Below, piece by piece: positions 5,691 to 5,728 of a stretch of DNA of 5,728 nucleotides (positions are counted from its first letter, which is position 1; each line of letters opens with the position of its first letter). This DNA is from Rotaria socialis (lineage: Eukaryota). Where the stretch lies: assembly GCA_905331015.1 (NCBI GenBank), contig CAJNXB010000003.1:302841-308568 (forward strand), written 5' to 3'. The notes beneath the pieces were generated by a model that searched no databases, was not told where the DNA came from, and saw nothing but the letters and a program-made list of their open reading frames with translations. A program made the position numbers and the translations under genes.

Positions 5691-5728
5691 GGTGGGTGGG
5701 CGCCGCCCCCCCGAGCCCCCCCCCCCGC
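5691..5728. other. Terminal G/C-rich homopolymer tract (ggtgggtggg cgccgccccccc gag ccccccccccc gc)
   Basis: 35 of 38 bases are G/C, with C runs of 7 and 11. It follows AT-rich sequence abruptly and sits at the very end of the window. Confidence 0.85.

Noticed and set aside
1-5728. A prokaryotic operon, defence system or other novel multi-gene system
   Set aside because: The coding sequence is interrupted by spliceosomal-type introns, and the genes are monocistronic with long AT-rich spacers. None of the proteins resembles a prokaryotic defence or mobile-element component. The three genes (zipper protein, E2-like, TPR) show no evidence of functional linkage beyond adjacency.

Overview
This window reads as AT-rich eukaryotic nuclear DNA, not a prokaryotic locus. 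The long ORFs in the six-frame track are pieces of spliced genes. They are interrupted by short GT-AG introns (52-101 nt, plus one of 454 nt) with T-rich acceptors. I can support three protein-coding genes. (1) A + strand multi-exon gene at about 84-1133. Its 5' end is uncertain because the frame stays open to the window edge. Its last exon encodes a perfect four-heptad leucine zipper. (2) A + strand seven-exon gene at 2882-4904 (555 codons including the stop). It encodes an N-terminal ubiquitin-conjugating (UBC/E2) fold that keeps the catalytic Cys but lacks a canonical HPN triad. This fold is fused to a roughly 390-aa C-terminal region that I cannot assign to any family. It is the most interesting object in the window. 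(3) A - strand ORF at 5033-5476 encoding a small kinesin-light-chain-type TPR protein, convergent with gene 2, with a possible short 5' exon. The 1.75 kb between genes 1 and 2 has no convincing gene. It does contain two GC-rich islands and splice-like signals that allow mutually exclusive weak gene models. The window ends in a 38-nt G/C homopolymer-rich tail that looks like a contig-end artefact or an abrupt compositional boundary. I recognise no rRNA, tRNA, CRISPR array, transposon or prokaryotic operon or defence architecture. The intron sizes and the KLC-type TPR are reminiscent of a micro-metazoan such as a bdelloid rotifer, but that attribution is unverified inference.
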